Below the pieces are notes generated by a model, which was given only the letters and a program-made list of their open reading frames with translations, had not been told where the DNA came from and ran no database searches. From contig JAQUQO010000001.1 in assembly GCA_028716045.1 (NCBI GenBank), positions 64,942 through 128,941 on the forward strand: a stretch of DNA of 64,000 nucleotides, given 5' to 3'. The DNA is from Patescibacteria group bacterium (GTDB lineage: Bacteria; Patescibacteriota; Patescibacteriia; JAQUQO01). Shown one piece after another: positions 36,883-45,910 of the stretch. How positions within the stretch are numbered: the first letter of the stretch is position 1; every line of letters starts with the position of its first letter. A program made the translations under genes and the position numbers.

Positions 36883-36990
36883 AAATCAGCAGCTCTCAGA
36901 AGGTTTCCCTTTATTTTGGTTTTATGCTATAATTTTATAAAAGTTGGTTAGCCAAGGAAGCAGAAAAGTTTCTTAATTTTGATTTTATAT

Positions 36991-37863
36991 ATGATGCCCG
37001 AAGATTACGAAAAAAATATTGATTTACCGGGCGATTTTAATACATACGGAGCAGAGGGGGGCGAAGGAGAGAAGGAAGAAAGGCGCGTCAAGCCCGCTTC
37101 AAAAGGAAAGGCAAATTTTATCTTTGCCGCGGTTTTTATTTTAGCCATAACCGGAGTAGCGCTCGGTTTTTCCAATTATTATAACAATATAAAGGGGCCG
37201 TTCGTTTTTAAGGGTTCTGAAAACGAGGAAGCCAGCGGTTCGGTGAATAAAGAAGCCCAGGATAGTTTGGATTTGCGCAATAAAGATACGGATAGCGACG
37301 GCTTAAATGATTATGATGAATTATATGTTTACAACACCTCCCCATATTTAGACGATTCGGACTCTGATAATTATAAAGACAAGGAAGAGATTGATAAGGG
37401 CTATGACCCAAACTGCCCGGCCGGGCGAGTTTGTATTTCGTCACCGTCTGAAAGTTCAACCGCCACGGAAGAAACAGCTACTAATTTAACAGCGGCGGAA
37501 GAAGAAATTTTAAATCAAGGGCAAAAACTTCTTTCCGGGTCTTTATCCCTTGATGAATTAAGAGCGCTTCTTAAGGAAATGGGAATGAGCGCGGCGCAGG
37601 TTGATAGTTTAAGTGACGAAGATTTAAAAAAACTTTACGATAAGACCTTGCAGGAAGTGCAAAAGCAGGTTGTGGCCGGGGAAAGTTCCTCGGGCACAGC
37701 AGAAACGCAGAATGGCGAGAGCACCAAACTCCCAGCGTCAGATTCCATCACTCCGGAGCAGATTAGGCAGCTCTTAATCGCCGGCGGGATGAAAGAAAGC
37801 GACCTTGAGGGAATAAGTGACGAGGAGCTAATTAAACTTTATAAGGAAGCGACGGAAGAATAA
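36991..37863 (+). CDS. Membrane protein with DxDxDG repeats and helical C-terminal repeats
   Basis: TM, DTDSDGLNDYDE, DSDSDNYKD, and two (L/I)RxLLxxxGM..(L/I)SDE repeats. Confidence 0.75.
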   Translation: MMPEDYEKNIDLPGDFNTYGAEGGEGEKEERRVKPASKGKANFIFAAVFILAITGVALGFSNYYNNIKGPFVFKGSENEEASGSVNKEAQDSLDLRNKDTDSDGLNDYDELYVYNTSPYLDDSDSDNYKDKEEIDKGYDPNCPAGRVCISSPSESSTATEETATNLTAAEEEILNQGQKLLSGSLSLDELRALLKEMGMSAAQVDSLSDEDLKKLYDKTLQEVQKQVVAGESSSGTAETQNGESTKLPASDSITPEQIRQLLIAGGMKESDLEGISDEELIKLYKEATEE

Positions 37864-37873
37864 AAATTTAAAA

Positions 37874-37926
37874 GTCAATCCTTCGACAGGCTCAGGATTG
37901 ACCCTGAGCACAGCCGAATGGGTCAA
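37874..37926. repeat. REP-like double-arm hairpin insertion with target echo
   Basis: gtcaa-[tccttcgacaggctcagga]-ttgac-[cctgagcacagccgaatgg]-gtcaa. Confidence 0.75.
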
Positions 37927-37934
37927 AATCTAAA

Positions 37935-40900
37935 ATGCAAAATTTCAATTCAAAATTTAAAATTCCGGCGTTAGTTTTGGCCTGTTTTGTTATTTTTAAT
38001 TTTGTGTTTGGGGCAGGGGTCGTTAAGGCGCAATTACCGGTAGTTGATGTAGGATTACAGGGCTGGGAGGCTTATAAAGCCGCGCAAGCCGTTCGTAAAG
38101 AGGGGGAATCAAAAATCGAAGCCGTTTTGGCCACGGCCGCCAAGGTTTCTATTAAAAACACTTTAAAATATTTCAGTCGCAAATTGGCGATGGACACCGC
38201 TACTTATTTAGCGAATAAAGCGGCCGGTCGGGAGAGTTTACTATTTGAAGAGGGGTTTGGCAATTATTTATTAAATACCACTGACGCCGCCGCCGGAGTA
38301 TTTTTGCAGAATTTAAGCGAGCAAAATGGTTTTGCCAAGTTTAATTTTTGTCAGCCGGATTTTGTTATCAGTTTATCTATTTCCCTGGGTTTACAACAGT
38401 ATCAGTATCCGGAGCCGCCAATCTGTACCATTTCAGAATTAGTTAAAAACTGGAAAGATTTTGTTAACAACCCCAGATTCATGGATCACTTTGTCCCTTA
38501 TTTTAGTCCGTATGAAAATGATTTAGGTGTTTCTCTCGGCCTGCAAACTAAGATGATTGAACTCATTTCCGAGCAGGAAAAATTAGCGATTTTAGAGCGT
38601 CTGCCGGAAAAGCCCATGGTGGATTTAACTGACCCGGTCACTAAAAAAATAAAAACTCCGGCTTCTTGGGGATGGGAATCAGTTAAAAGTGCAACGGGAT
38701 TAGCAGGCTCAGAAGTAATGACCTGGACGCTAGATCCCATAGCTGATGCCATAGATGCTTTTGGCAATACTTTTTTAGCCCAGTATTTGCAGTTAACTTT
38801 TCAGGGTCTTTTTTCTCCCAGCGATACCACTGGCGGACTTTATAATCGTTATTCTGGTAGTACGGGCAGAACCACCAAATCCGCGCAGGAATACTACGCC
38901 TCATTTATTGGCACTCCAAAATTAAAGTCCTCCGGCGAAGTTGACATCTATAAACTTATCGCTTGCCCGGAGAATGTTTCGGATGCCGAACAACAGAATT
39001 GCGTGGTTGACCAGCAGTTCTTCCAGGCCATCAGAGAGGGGAAAACAGTCGGAGAGGCCGTTAACGAAGGCCTGCTCCATGGCGATTATTTCTTCGGATA
39101 TAAAGATCCGGTGGGGGGTACGCAGACCGAACAGCCGGACTTGGAAAACGTTTATTCAATTGATAATATGCGCAAACTGCGCTCCATGCGGATTTTGCCG
39201 GTGGGCTGGGAACTGGCGGCGGAGGTTATAAAAAATGAAACAAAAAAACCTACCACTCTCAAGGAGGTAATAGATGGATTTAATAAATACGGAGATGATG
39301 ACGTTTGCGGAACTAGAAATCAATGTTTTATTGAGGCTACCGGTGCTCTGATAGGCAAAACATGTATTAGTGATAGCGATTGTGCTTTAAATGGAGTTAA
39401 GTGCGATATAGGCGAATCGCCATTTTGTAATTTAGTTGATTCCAACTGGGTGCTTAAGGCGCCTAAGCAACGTTGCGATGTTACGGCCTATGGCGCCACT
39501 ACGGTGTCGCAGAGTTCCGCCAGAGAAGAAATTTGCGTGGATACCAAGACCTGTTTGCGTGAAGACGAAAAGGGAAATTGTCTGGCCTGGGGTTATTGCG
39601 ACCGCGAGCGCAATATCTGGAGATTCGGCGGCACGGAATGCCCGGCTTATTATAATTCTTGTGAAGTCTTTACGGATACCGAGGGCGGTAGCGTGGCTTA
39701 TCTTGAAAACACCATTAACAAAGATATTTGCAACGCTTCCAACGCCGGTTGTTCGTGGTATTGCGATGTCGCCGATTCGCAAAGTTTATGGTCCTGCACA
39801 GTGAAAGACGCGGATTTGGGTTTAGCAAGCAATAAAAAATTATATTTCAATAAAGATGTTCAGAGTTGTGATAAATCTAGCGCCGGCTGTACGGAACTTA
39901 TCAGGCCGGCCGTCGGCACCGGCACCAATCTTTTGGTTAATGGAAGTTTTGAAAAATTCAACGGAGAAGTTGACGATGGCAAAAATGATCGAGTTCTGGA
40001 TTGGGAGGTCGTGGCCGGTGGTCCCTCGTCATTAAAAACAGAAATTATTTCAGAATCTTATCCGGGCGCAGGGTCATATTCTCTAAGGGTTACTAAAATT
40101 GGCTCTACGGGCTATCCATTGTCGCAGTCCGTGGGATATTTACGCGCCGGAGTTCCTTACATGATGAGCGGATGGTTTAAGGCCGATAGGGGAGTAAAAA
40201 TAAAAATTTTTGCCATATATAATGAATCCGGAAACTCCGGTCAAATAACGGAAGTGGAATCAGCGGAAGGTAATGGGGGGTGGCAGAACATTGAATCCGC
40301 GGAACCGTTTATTCTAACCAGAAACGGCCAAGTGGATTTTCGAGTAGCCTTTGTCAGCGGCGGCAGCTTTATTATAGACGCTCTTAAATTAGAAGAAGCG
40401 ACCAAAATTACGAATTATTCCGAATACGGTGCTGATAATCTGGTTTACATAAAGAAAGCTCCGGATTATTTAAAATGTGATACCAATCCGGATAATCCTC
40501 TTTGCGCTTCTTACGCTCCTTTTTGCCAGGCCGAGGAAGTCGGTTGTGAACTCTTTACTCCAACCAACGGCGACCCGGGCGTTCCCGGCATTGTTACTTC
40601 CAATGACCTTTGTCCGGCAAGCTGTATTGGTTATGATATGTTTTTGGAGCATCCCACGCAGTTTGACGTCGGAGCTTTTGACGGTTCAGAAGATTATTTT
40701 ATTCCTTCCACCGCCCGAGGATGTACCGCCGTGGGTTGTGAGGAATTTACCAATTTAGACACGGAAAAAATTGAATATTTTTCCGAACTGCGGCTTTGTG
40801 AAAAGCCGAACGGGGCTCTACCCGTATTTTATACTTGGGAGGGTTCAGACCAAACTGGCTATCAGCTCAAAGTTTGGAATTTAAAAGCGGCGTCGAGCGG

Positions 40901-43900
40901 TGCTCCGCTTTGCGTCGGGCGCAGTATTAATGATACTGATATTGATTGCGATTGCGAAGACGAATATGGGGAAAACCCCGATTGCCGGCAATTTTATGAC
41001 GTGAATGGAGGGGTGCATTACAGATATTATTCTAAAACCATCACGATTGCCGATGATTGCCATCCTTACAGGCAGACGCAGAGAATTTCCCAATTAGAAT
41101 GCGAGGCGTTAGGAGCTAATCTCACTGATTCGCCGATTTATTTTGATGCCAATACCCAGACCTGCGTTTATCATGGTTATCCGGCGGAGAGTGCGATATG
41201 TCCCGCCGCGGAAGACGGTTGTCGCGAATACAAAGGTAATTACGCTGAAAATATCGCAGTTATTTTCAATGATAATTTTGAAGCGGGGATACCGGCCGGC
41301 TGGGGAGCCAAGGGTGCGCGTTCGGTTTTAAGCGCTGATTCTCTGTCTGTGGGAGGACATTCTTTATTGGTATCCAACACTTCAACTGATGGTTTATATA
41401 AGGATATAACCGGGCAAATCGTAACCAATAAAGTTTATTCCTTATCTTTCTGGGCGAAAGGTAAGGGAACGGTGGAGGTAGGATTTTCCGATGAGATGGG
41501 CAGATTAGGTTCCAGTTCGTTTTTATTCGGCACGGCGGATTTGAAACCAGAATGGAAATTGTATTCTTTGGGGACAGTCATTTTCCCGGCACCGGAAGAG
41601 GGCAATAAATTTTATCTGATGTTTAAAGGTTTGCAATCCGGCGCGGATTATTATTTTGACAATATTATTTTGAAAGAAGTGCAGGAGAGATTACTCTTGG
41701 TGCAGGATTCGTGGAAAACTCCGGCGGAGTGCGATGCGGATAATAGTGGCAATTATTTACCGCGAGCGCAAGTCGGTTGTCAGGGTTATTTTGACCGTAA
41801 TGGCGTGGCTTATAATTTAAAATCTTTTGACAAACTTTGCCGCGAGTCAGCCGTGGGCTGCCATGAATTTATTGATACTAAAAATTCCGAGGCCGGATAC
41901 GCGGAGGTAAAAAACGCCGTTTGCTGGCGGCCGGAGAGTAATTTGTCTGGCGATTATCTTTGTCAGCGCGAAGGTAACAATGTCTGCACTATAGAAACTG
42001 GCAAGGTTTATTGCCGTTATGATATTGCCGACCCGGCTGACCCTTATGAAGGGCTGAAAACGAGTGATCGTTGCACCCTCGGGTCGGTCTGCACGCAATT
42101 AAACGGTTGTTCTTGTAAAAAAGGCGGTTCAAATGCAATAAGCTGTTGGGCAAACAAAGGTGAGACCACTTGTCTGCCTAAGGGCGACGCGGCCACAGTG
42201 GTGGTGCCGCGGGATAACTTCGTGTATCTGGCGGAAAATGAAAAATACTCTTGCAGTAAACAAGCCAGGGGCTGTAAAGAACTAGGCCAGCCGACAATTG
42301 ATATTGAGAATAAAATCGCCGGCTGGGAGTCCACTTATCTTAAAGATTTACCCGATAGTTACAATGCGACGTTGTGCGAGCCGCGGGCGGTGAATTGTAA
42401 AGAATACAAAGCGAAAGATAAATTATTATATTTTAAGGACCCGGGAGCTAAGCTGTGTGATTACCGCATAGATGAAAATGTCACAAACGAAAATGTCGCA
42501 GGGAAAATTCAAACCGGCTGGTTTAAGAAGGACACGCAAGAACCGTGTTTTGGCAATTATCAGTTGTTGAAAAATGCCGATTCCAAATATGATGGTTGGG
42601 CCGGTGTCTGCGCGGAAGAATACAGTGGCTGCGAAGAGTTTATTGACCCGGTGGCTACTACCCCGAGTCATCCGGAAGGCCAGCCGTATTATTATTTGGA
42701 TAATGACAAGCTGGACCGTTCTTCTTGCAACGGGCAAGTAAGCCTGCGAGATGGCTGTGTTCTCTTTAACGAAACCAGCAATCCTAATATCTACTGGAAT
42801 GCTCCGATGTCGTATAGAACCAGTGAGAAGAATAATAATAATCTTGTGAATCCGGTAAAATATTCAACGGATAATCGTTTTTGCGCGACGGCTAATCAAT
42901 CCGCTATTTTTGATGGTTTACCCTGTTCAAAAGATAGTGATTGTCAAAAACAACCGGGCACAACTTGCCAGATTATAGATTCATCAAATTCTTCAATTTG
43001 TCGCAGGAAATCCGATAAAACAGAAGGATATATTTGGTTTAAAAATAGCCAGTGTAATTCTGACAGCGATTGCCGTTCAGTCACCGGCGGATTTATTGAA
43101 GACAAATGTTTGAATTTTGAGCAAGATATAAAAAATCGTTCCGCCGCCAATACTATCCTTAAAGTTACTCGCGACCGCGAGTGCGCCGAGTGGATTGACT
43201 GCACTATTGGAGAGCGCATTAAGGACCCGACGCGCAATAACCAATACCGCAATGTTTGTTACGACATTGGCAGATGTATAGATTTGAAAGAAAACAACGG
43301 CGAGTGCGCCGAGTGGGCGCAGACAGAATGCGATACCGCAGCCGATTGTCTTGAGGGTCAAGAATGTAGTAATAGCCGATGCGCTTATCCCGAATTAACT
43401 AAAGAGGTTTATCAGCAGAGGAGCTTAACCTGGTCTTTAGCCAAGGATTTTTCCGGCTATGCCATCCCGGGTATGAAATCCGCCGAAGGTTTAGCCGAGG
43501 TTAAAAGTTCGGTAAAATATTGTGTGGCTGGCGGGATAAAGAAAATTGGCGAGCCGTGCGATGATAATAATGATTGTGGTGGCGAATATGAAAATATGAG
43601 TGTTTCCGGACAATGCGAAAGTAAATATTATTTAGCAAATTATAATGACAAAATTTTAAATGAATCATGTGAAGGGCTGGAAACTTTGAATGCCAGTTAT
43701 CAACTAGTTGAAGGTGAGGACTTTGCCACAGCATGTGTTATAGATAAATCCTGCCGCTCCTATCCAGATTCATCTTCACCGTTTGATTATAAATTTAAAT
43801 CTACCGATTCCGACGCCGCGCGCTGCGCCGAGAGTTCCATTACTAAAGCCGGATTAACTTTTAATACTTGTGATTGCAGTTATCAGGTAGCCAATGCTTC

Positions 43901-45842
43901 TGGTAAAAAGTTGTATTATCCGACCGGTTTTCAAATACCGGCTTATGTTTGTTCTGTTAGCGGTCAGGCTTGTGACCCAAGAAGTGAAGAAATTATTTGT
44001 CCCGTTGGCGAAGAATGCGTAAAAGTAAAAGACAATTCTCTCAAGCTTGGCTGGAAGGGGTATTGTCTTGAATATGACAATAAAAAGCCCGGGCGTTGTT
44101 TGACTTGGTATCCGATTGATGTGGTTGAAGGGGAGGCGAATCTATTCAGCTACAATCCCGCCGCTACTTACACCCATAGCGGACCGGAGTATTATTGTGA
44201 ATCGTCAGATTTTAGTTTTGCGTGGGGAGATAAAGCTACGCCTTCCGAAGCTACTGTCGGATTACCGAAAGAGTGTGAAAATAAAGATGATATTAATGAT
44301 AGATTATTTGATTGGCCAGAGTATGCATATGACACCACTAGGATTTACGACGAGCTTTGGGGGATTGATAGCGGTTCAATTTCGGGGATGTGGGTAGAAT
44401 TACCAAGACATTTATTAGGTTTATATATAGTAGATGCTGAGGCGGGCGGTGGGTCTTCTACTAAAATTTTATATAAAGGAGACCAACCCAAGTTATACAA
44501 AGATCAAATCGCCAGTATAAATATTTTTATTTCTTCTTCAAGTCACACCAGCACAGGAGCTATGGATTTTAAAGAGGAAGATTTTGATGTCTGCGGAGAA
44601 TATCTAGAGTGTTTAAATGGGACTGATTATGATGACAAGAAAGGGTTTGAAGCTAATAACGGCGATTGTATGGATTTAGCTAGCGAGACAGATTTTGGAA
44701 CATACGGGATAGCCGTCGCTGTTAAAAATGTATTATCGGACGAAAATTCATGGACATATGACATCAGTAATGATCAGGGTTCAGTAAGAATCTACGCTGA
44801 TTTTGCTAATGATAGTTCGTTAAGCAGTTTAACCGTAGAAGCTTATGATAAAGATGGGGTAGGAGCTTTCATAATAGCTGGATATGAGATTAAGTTTCGT
44901 GGTGGGTGCTCAGTTCTTGGGAGGGTGGCAGAGAATGGTAAAAATTATGCTTTTACTAATAACGTAAATGCCAAAGTTAAACTCTCTGATTTACTAGATT
45001 TTAAACAAGATCTTGATATTGACTATCTTTCTAACTGGCAGCCTTGGGGTGGGACGAACGCCTATACTAAGCCGATACATAATAGTGAACATCCTCCGCT
45101 TAACACTTATGTTATTAAAAAAACAGACACTAATTGCGAGTATTGTGGTGCTTTATACAACGATGTATCGATGAAAGAATCACGGCTTTCAAGAGATGGT
45201 GAGGGTATTAATTATGAAAGTTCCTTATTTTGGTTATTTGCGCGGATTTTTGAGCAGTGGAAATTTTCCGATGACAATTTTACTTATAATAAGCCAGTTT
45301 TAAAAGAGTTAGACACGGTTTTACCGATCGGTCAACCAAAGATTACCGGAGTAAAGGTTAATGATGTGAGTGGCAGTCAATCAAAAGTTGAAGTGAATGA
45401 GTTCGGCAAGGTTAGTTTGTCTTTCTATGTATTTGACCCAACCGGCAGAGGTCAGTTGCCGATCCGCGATATTAAAGTTGACTGGGGTGATGAAAGTATT
45501 CAAGAAGTAACCAGTAGTTTTGGTAATTACGCTGACCCTGATGAAGTGGATATATTGGAAAATAAATTTGTTTGCGATTCTTCCAATTGGGGACGTTTTC
45601 CAGAACGTTGTACTAATGAACCGTTGGAATTTTTCCATATTTACCGCGCCAAAGGCATAGTTGATGAGGGAAAACCGTTATGTGATGAAGACCCTGATGA
45701 TGTTAATTGCCGTCTTTGCGAAATTAAAATATCAGCTAAAGATAATATGGCCGACTTGGCGGAATTTCAAAACGATGTCACTCCTCGAGAAACAAAAGTG
45801 ACAGCGGAAACCATGGTCCGGGTTTGTAAAAAATCCAAATAG
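37935..45842 (+). CDS. Giant 2635-aa exported Cys-rich protein with carbohydrate-binding-like domains, heading the T4SS cluster
   Basis: Signal-like N-terminus (..VKA-QLPVVD), helical region, numerous Cys-rich modules, galactose-binding/CBM-like starts NLLVNGSFE and IFNDNFEAG, and C-terminal PKD-like VDWGD. Confidence 0.75.
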   Translation: MQNFNSKFKIPALVLACFVIFNFVFGAGVVKAQLPVVDVGLQGWEAYKAAQAVRKEGESKIEAVLATAAKVSIKNTLKYFSRKLAMDTATYLANKAAGRESLLFEEGFGNYLLNTTDAAAGVFLQNLSEQNGFAKFNFCQPDFVISLSISLGLQQYQYPEPPICTISELVKNWKDFVNNPRFMDHFVPYFSPYENDLGVSLGLQTKMIELISEQEKLAILERLPEKPMVDLTDPVTKKIKTPASWGWESVKSATGLAGSEVMTWTLDPIADAIDAFGNTFLAQYLQLTFQGLFSPSDTTGGLYNRYSGSTGRTTKSAQEYYASFIGTPKLKSSGEVDIYKLIACPENVSDAEQQNCVVDQQFFQAIREGKTVGEAVNEGLLHGDYFFGYKDPVGGTQTEQPDLENVYSIDNMRKLRSMRILPVGWELAAEVIKNETKKPTTLKEVIDGFNKYGDDDVCGTRNQCFIEATGALIGKTCISDSDCALNGVKCDIGESPFCNLVDSNWVLKAPKQRCDVTAYGATTVSQSSAREEICVDTKTCLREDEKGNCLAWGYCDRERNIWRFGGTECPAYYNSCEVFTDTEGGSVAYLENTINKDICNASNAGCSWYCDVADSQSLWSCTVKDADLGLASNKKLYFNKDVQSCDKSSAGCTELIRPAVGTGTNLLVNGSFEKFNGEVDDGKNDRVLDWEVVAGGPSSLKTEIISESYPGAGSYSLRVTKIGSTGYPLSQSVGYLRAGVPYMMSGWFKADRGVKIKIFAIYNESGNSGQITEVESAEGNGGWQNIESAEPFILTRNGQVDFRVAFVSGGSFIIDALKLEEATKITNYSEYGADNLVYIKKAPDYLKCDTNPDNPLCASYAPFCQAEEVGCELFTPTNGDPGVPGIVTSNDLCPASCIGYDMFLEHPTQFDVGAFDGSEDYFIPSTARGCTAVGCEEFTNLDTEKIEYFSELRLCEKPNGALPVFYTWEGSDQTGYQLKVWNLKAASSGAPLCVGRSINDTDIDCDCEDEYGENPDCRQFYDVNGGVHYRYYSKTITIADDCHPYRQTQRISQLECEALGANLTDSPIYFDANTQTCVYHGYPAESAICPAAEDGCREYKGNYAENIAVIFNDNFEAGIPAGWGAKGARSVLSADSLSVGGHSLLVSNTSTDGLYKDITGQIVTNKVYSLSFWAKGKGTVEVGFSDEMGRLGSSSFLFGTADLKPEWKLYSLGTVIFPAPEEGNKFYLMFKGLQSGADYYFDNIILKEVQERLLLVQDSWKTPAECDADNSGNYLPRAQVGCQGYFDRNGVAYNLKSFDKLCRESAVGCHEFIDTKNSEAGYAEVKNAVCWRPESNLSGDYLCQREGNNVCTIETGKVYCRYDIADPADPYEGLKTSDRCTLGSVCTQLNGCSCKKGGSNAISCWANKGETTCLPKGDAATVVVPRDNFVYLAENEKYSCSKQARGCKELGQPTIDIENKIAGWESTYLKDLPDSYNATLCEPRAVNCKEYKAKDKLLYFKDPGAKLCDYRIDENVTNENVAGKIQTGWFKKDTQEPCFGNYQLLKNADSKYDGWAGVCAEEYSGCEEFIDPVATTPSHPEGQPYYYLDNDKLDRSSCNGQVSLRDGCVLFNETSNPNIYWNAPMSYRTSEKNNNNLVNPVKYSTDNRFCATANQSAIFDGLPCSKDSDCQKQPGTTCQIIDSSNSSICRRKSDKTEGYIWFKNSQCNSDSDCRSVTGGFIEDKCLNFEQDIKNRSAANTILKVTRDRECAEWIDCTIGERIKDPTRNNQYRNVCYDIGRCIDLKENNGECAEWAQTECDTAADCLEGQECSNSRCAYPELTKEVYQQRSLTWSLAKDFSGYAIPGMKSAEGLAEVKSSVKYCVAGGIKKIGEPCDDNNDCGGEYENMSVSGQCESKYYLANYNDKILNESCEGLETLNASYQLVEGEDFATACVIDKSCRSYPDSSSPFDYKFKSTDSDAARCAESSITKAGLTFNTCDCSYQVANASGKKLYYPTGFQIPAYVCSVSGQACDPRSEEIICPVGEECVKVKDNSLKLGWKGYCLEYDNKKPGRCLTWYPIDVVEGEANLFSYNPAATYTHSGPEYYCESSDFSFAWGDKATPSEATVGLPKECENKDDINDRLFDWPEYAYDTTRIYDELWGIDSGSISGMWVELPRHLLGLYIVDAEAGGGSSTKILYKGDQPKLYKDQIASINIFISSSSHTSTGAMDFKEEDFDVCGEYLECLNGTDYDDKKGFEANNGDCMDLASETDFGTYGIAVAVKNVLSDENSWTYDISNDQGSVRIYADFANDSSLSSLTVEAYDKDGVGAFIIAGYEIKFRGGCSVLGRVAENGKNYAFTNNVNAKVKLSDLLDFKQDLDIDYLSNWQPWGGTNAYTKPIHNSEHPPLNTYVIKKTDTNCEYCGALYNDVSMKESRLSRDGEGINYESSLFWLFARIFEQWKFSDDNFTYNKPVLKELDTVLPIGQPKITGVKVNDVSGSQSKVEVNEFGKVSLSFYVFDPTGRGQLPIRDIKVDWGDESIQEVTSSFGNYADPDEVDILENKFVCDSSNWGRFPERCTNEPLEFFHIYRAKGIVDEGKPLCDEDPDDVNCRLCEIKISAKDNMADLAEFQNDVTPRETKVTAETMVRVCKKSK

Positions 45843-45910
45843 AATAGCGAATAAAAATAAATAAAAGCCAGTCGGTTACACGTTCAAAACTAAAAGTTAT
45901 AAGCCCAAGA

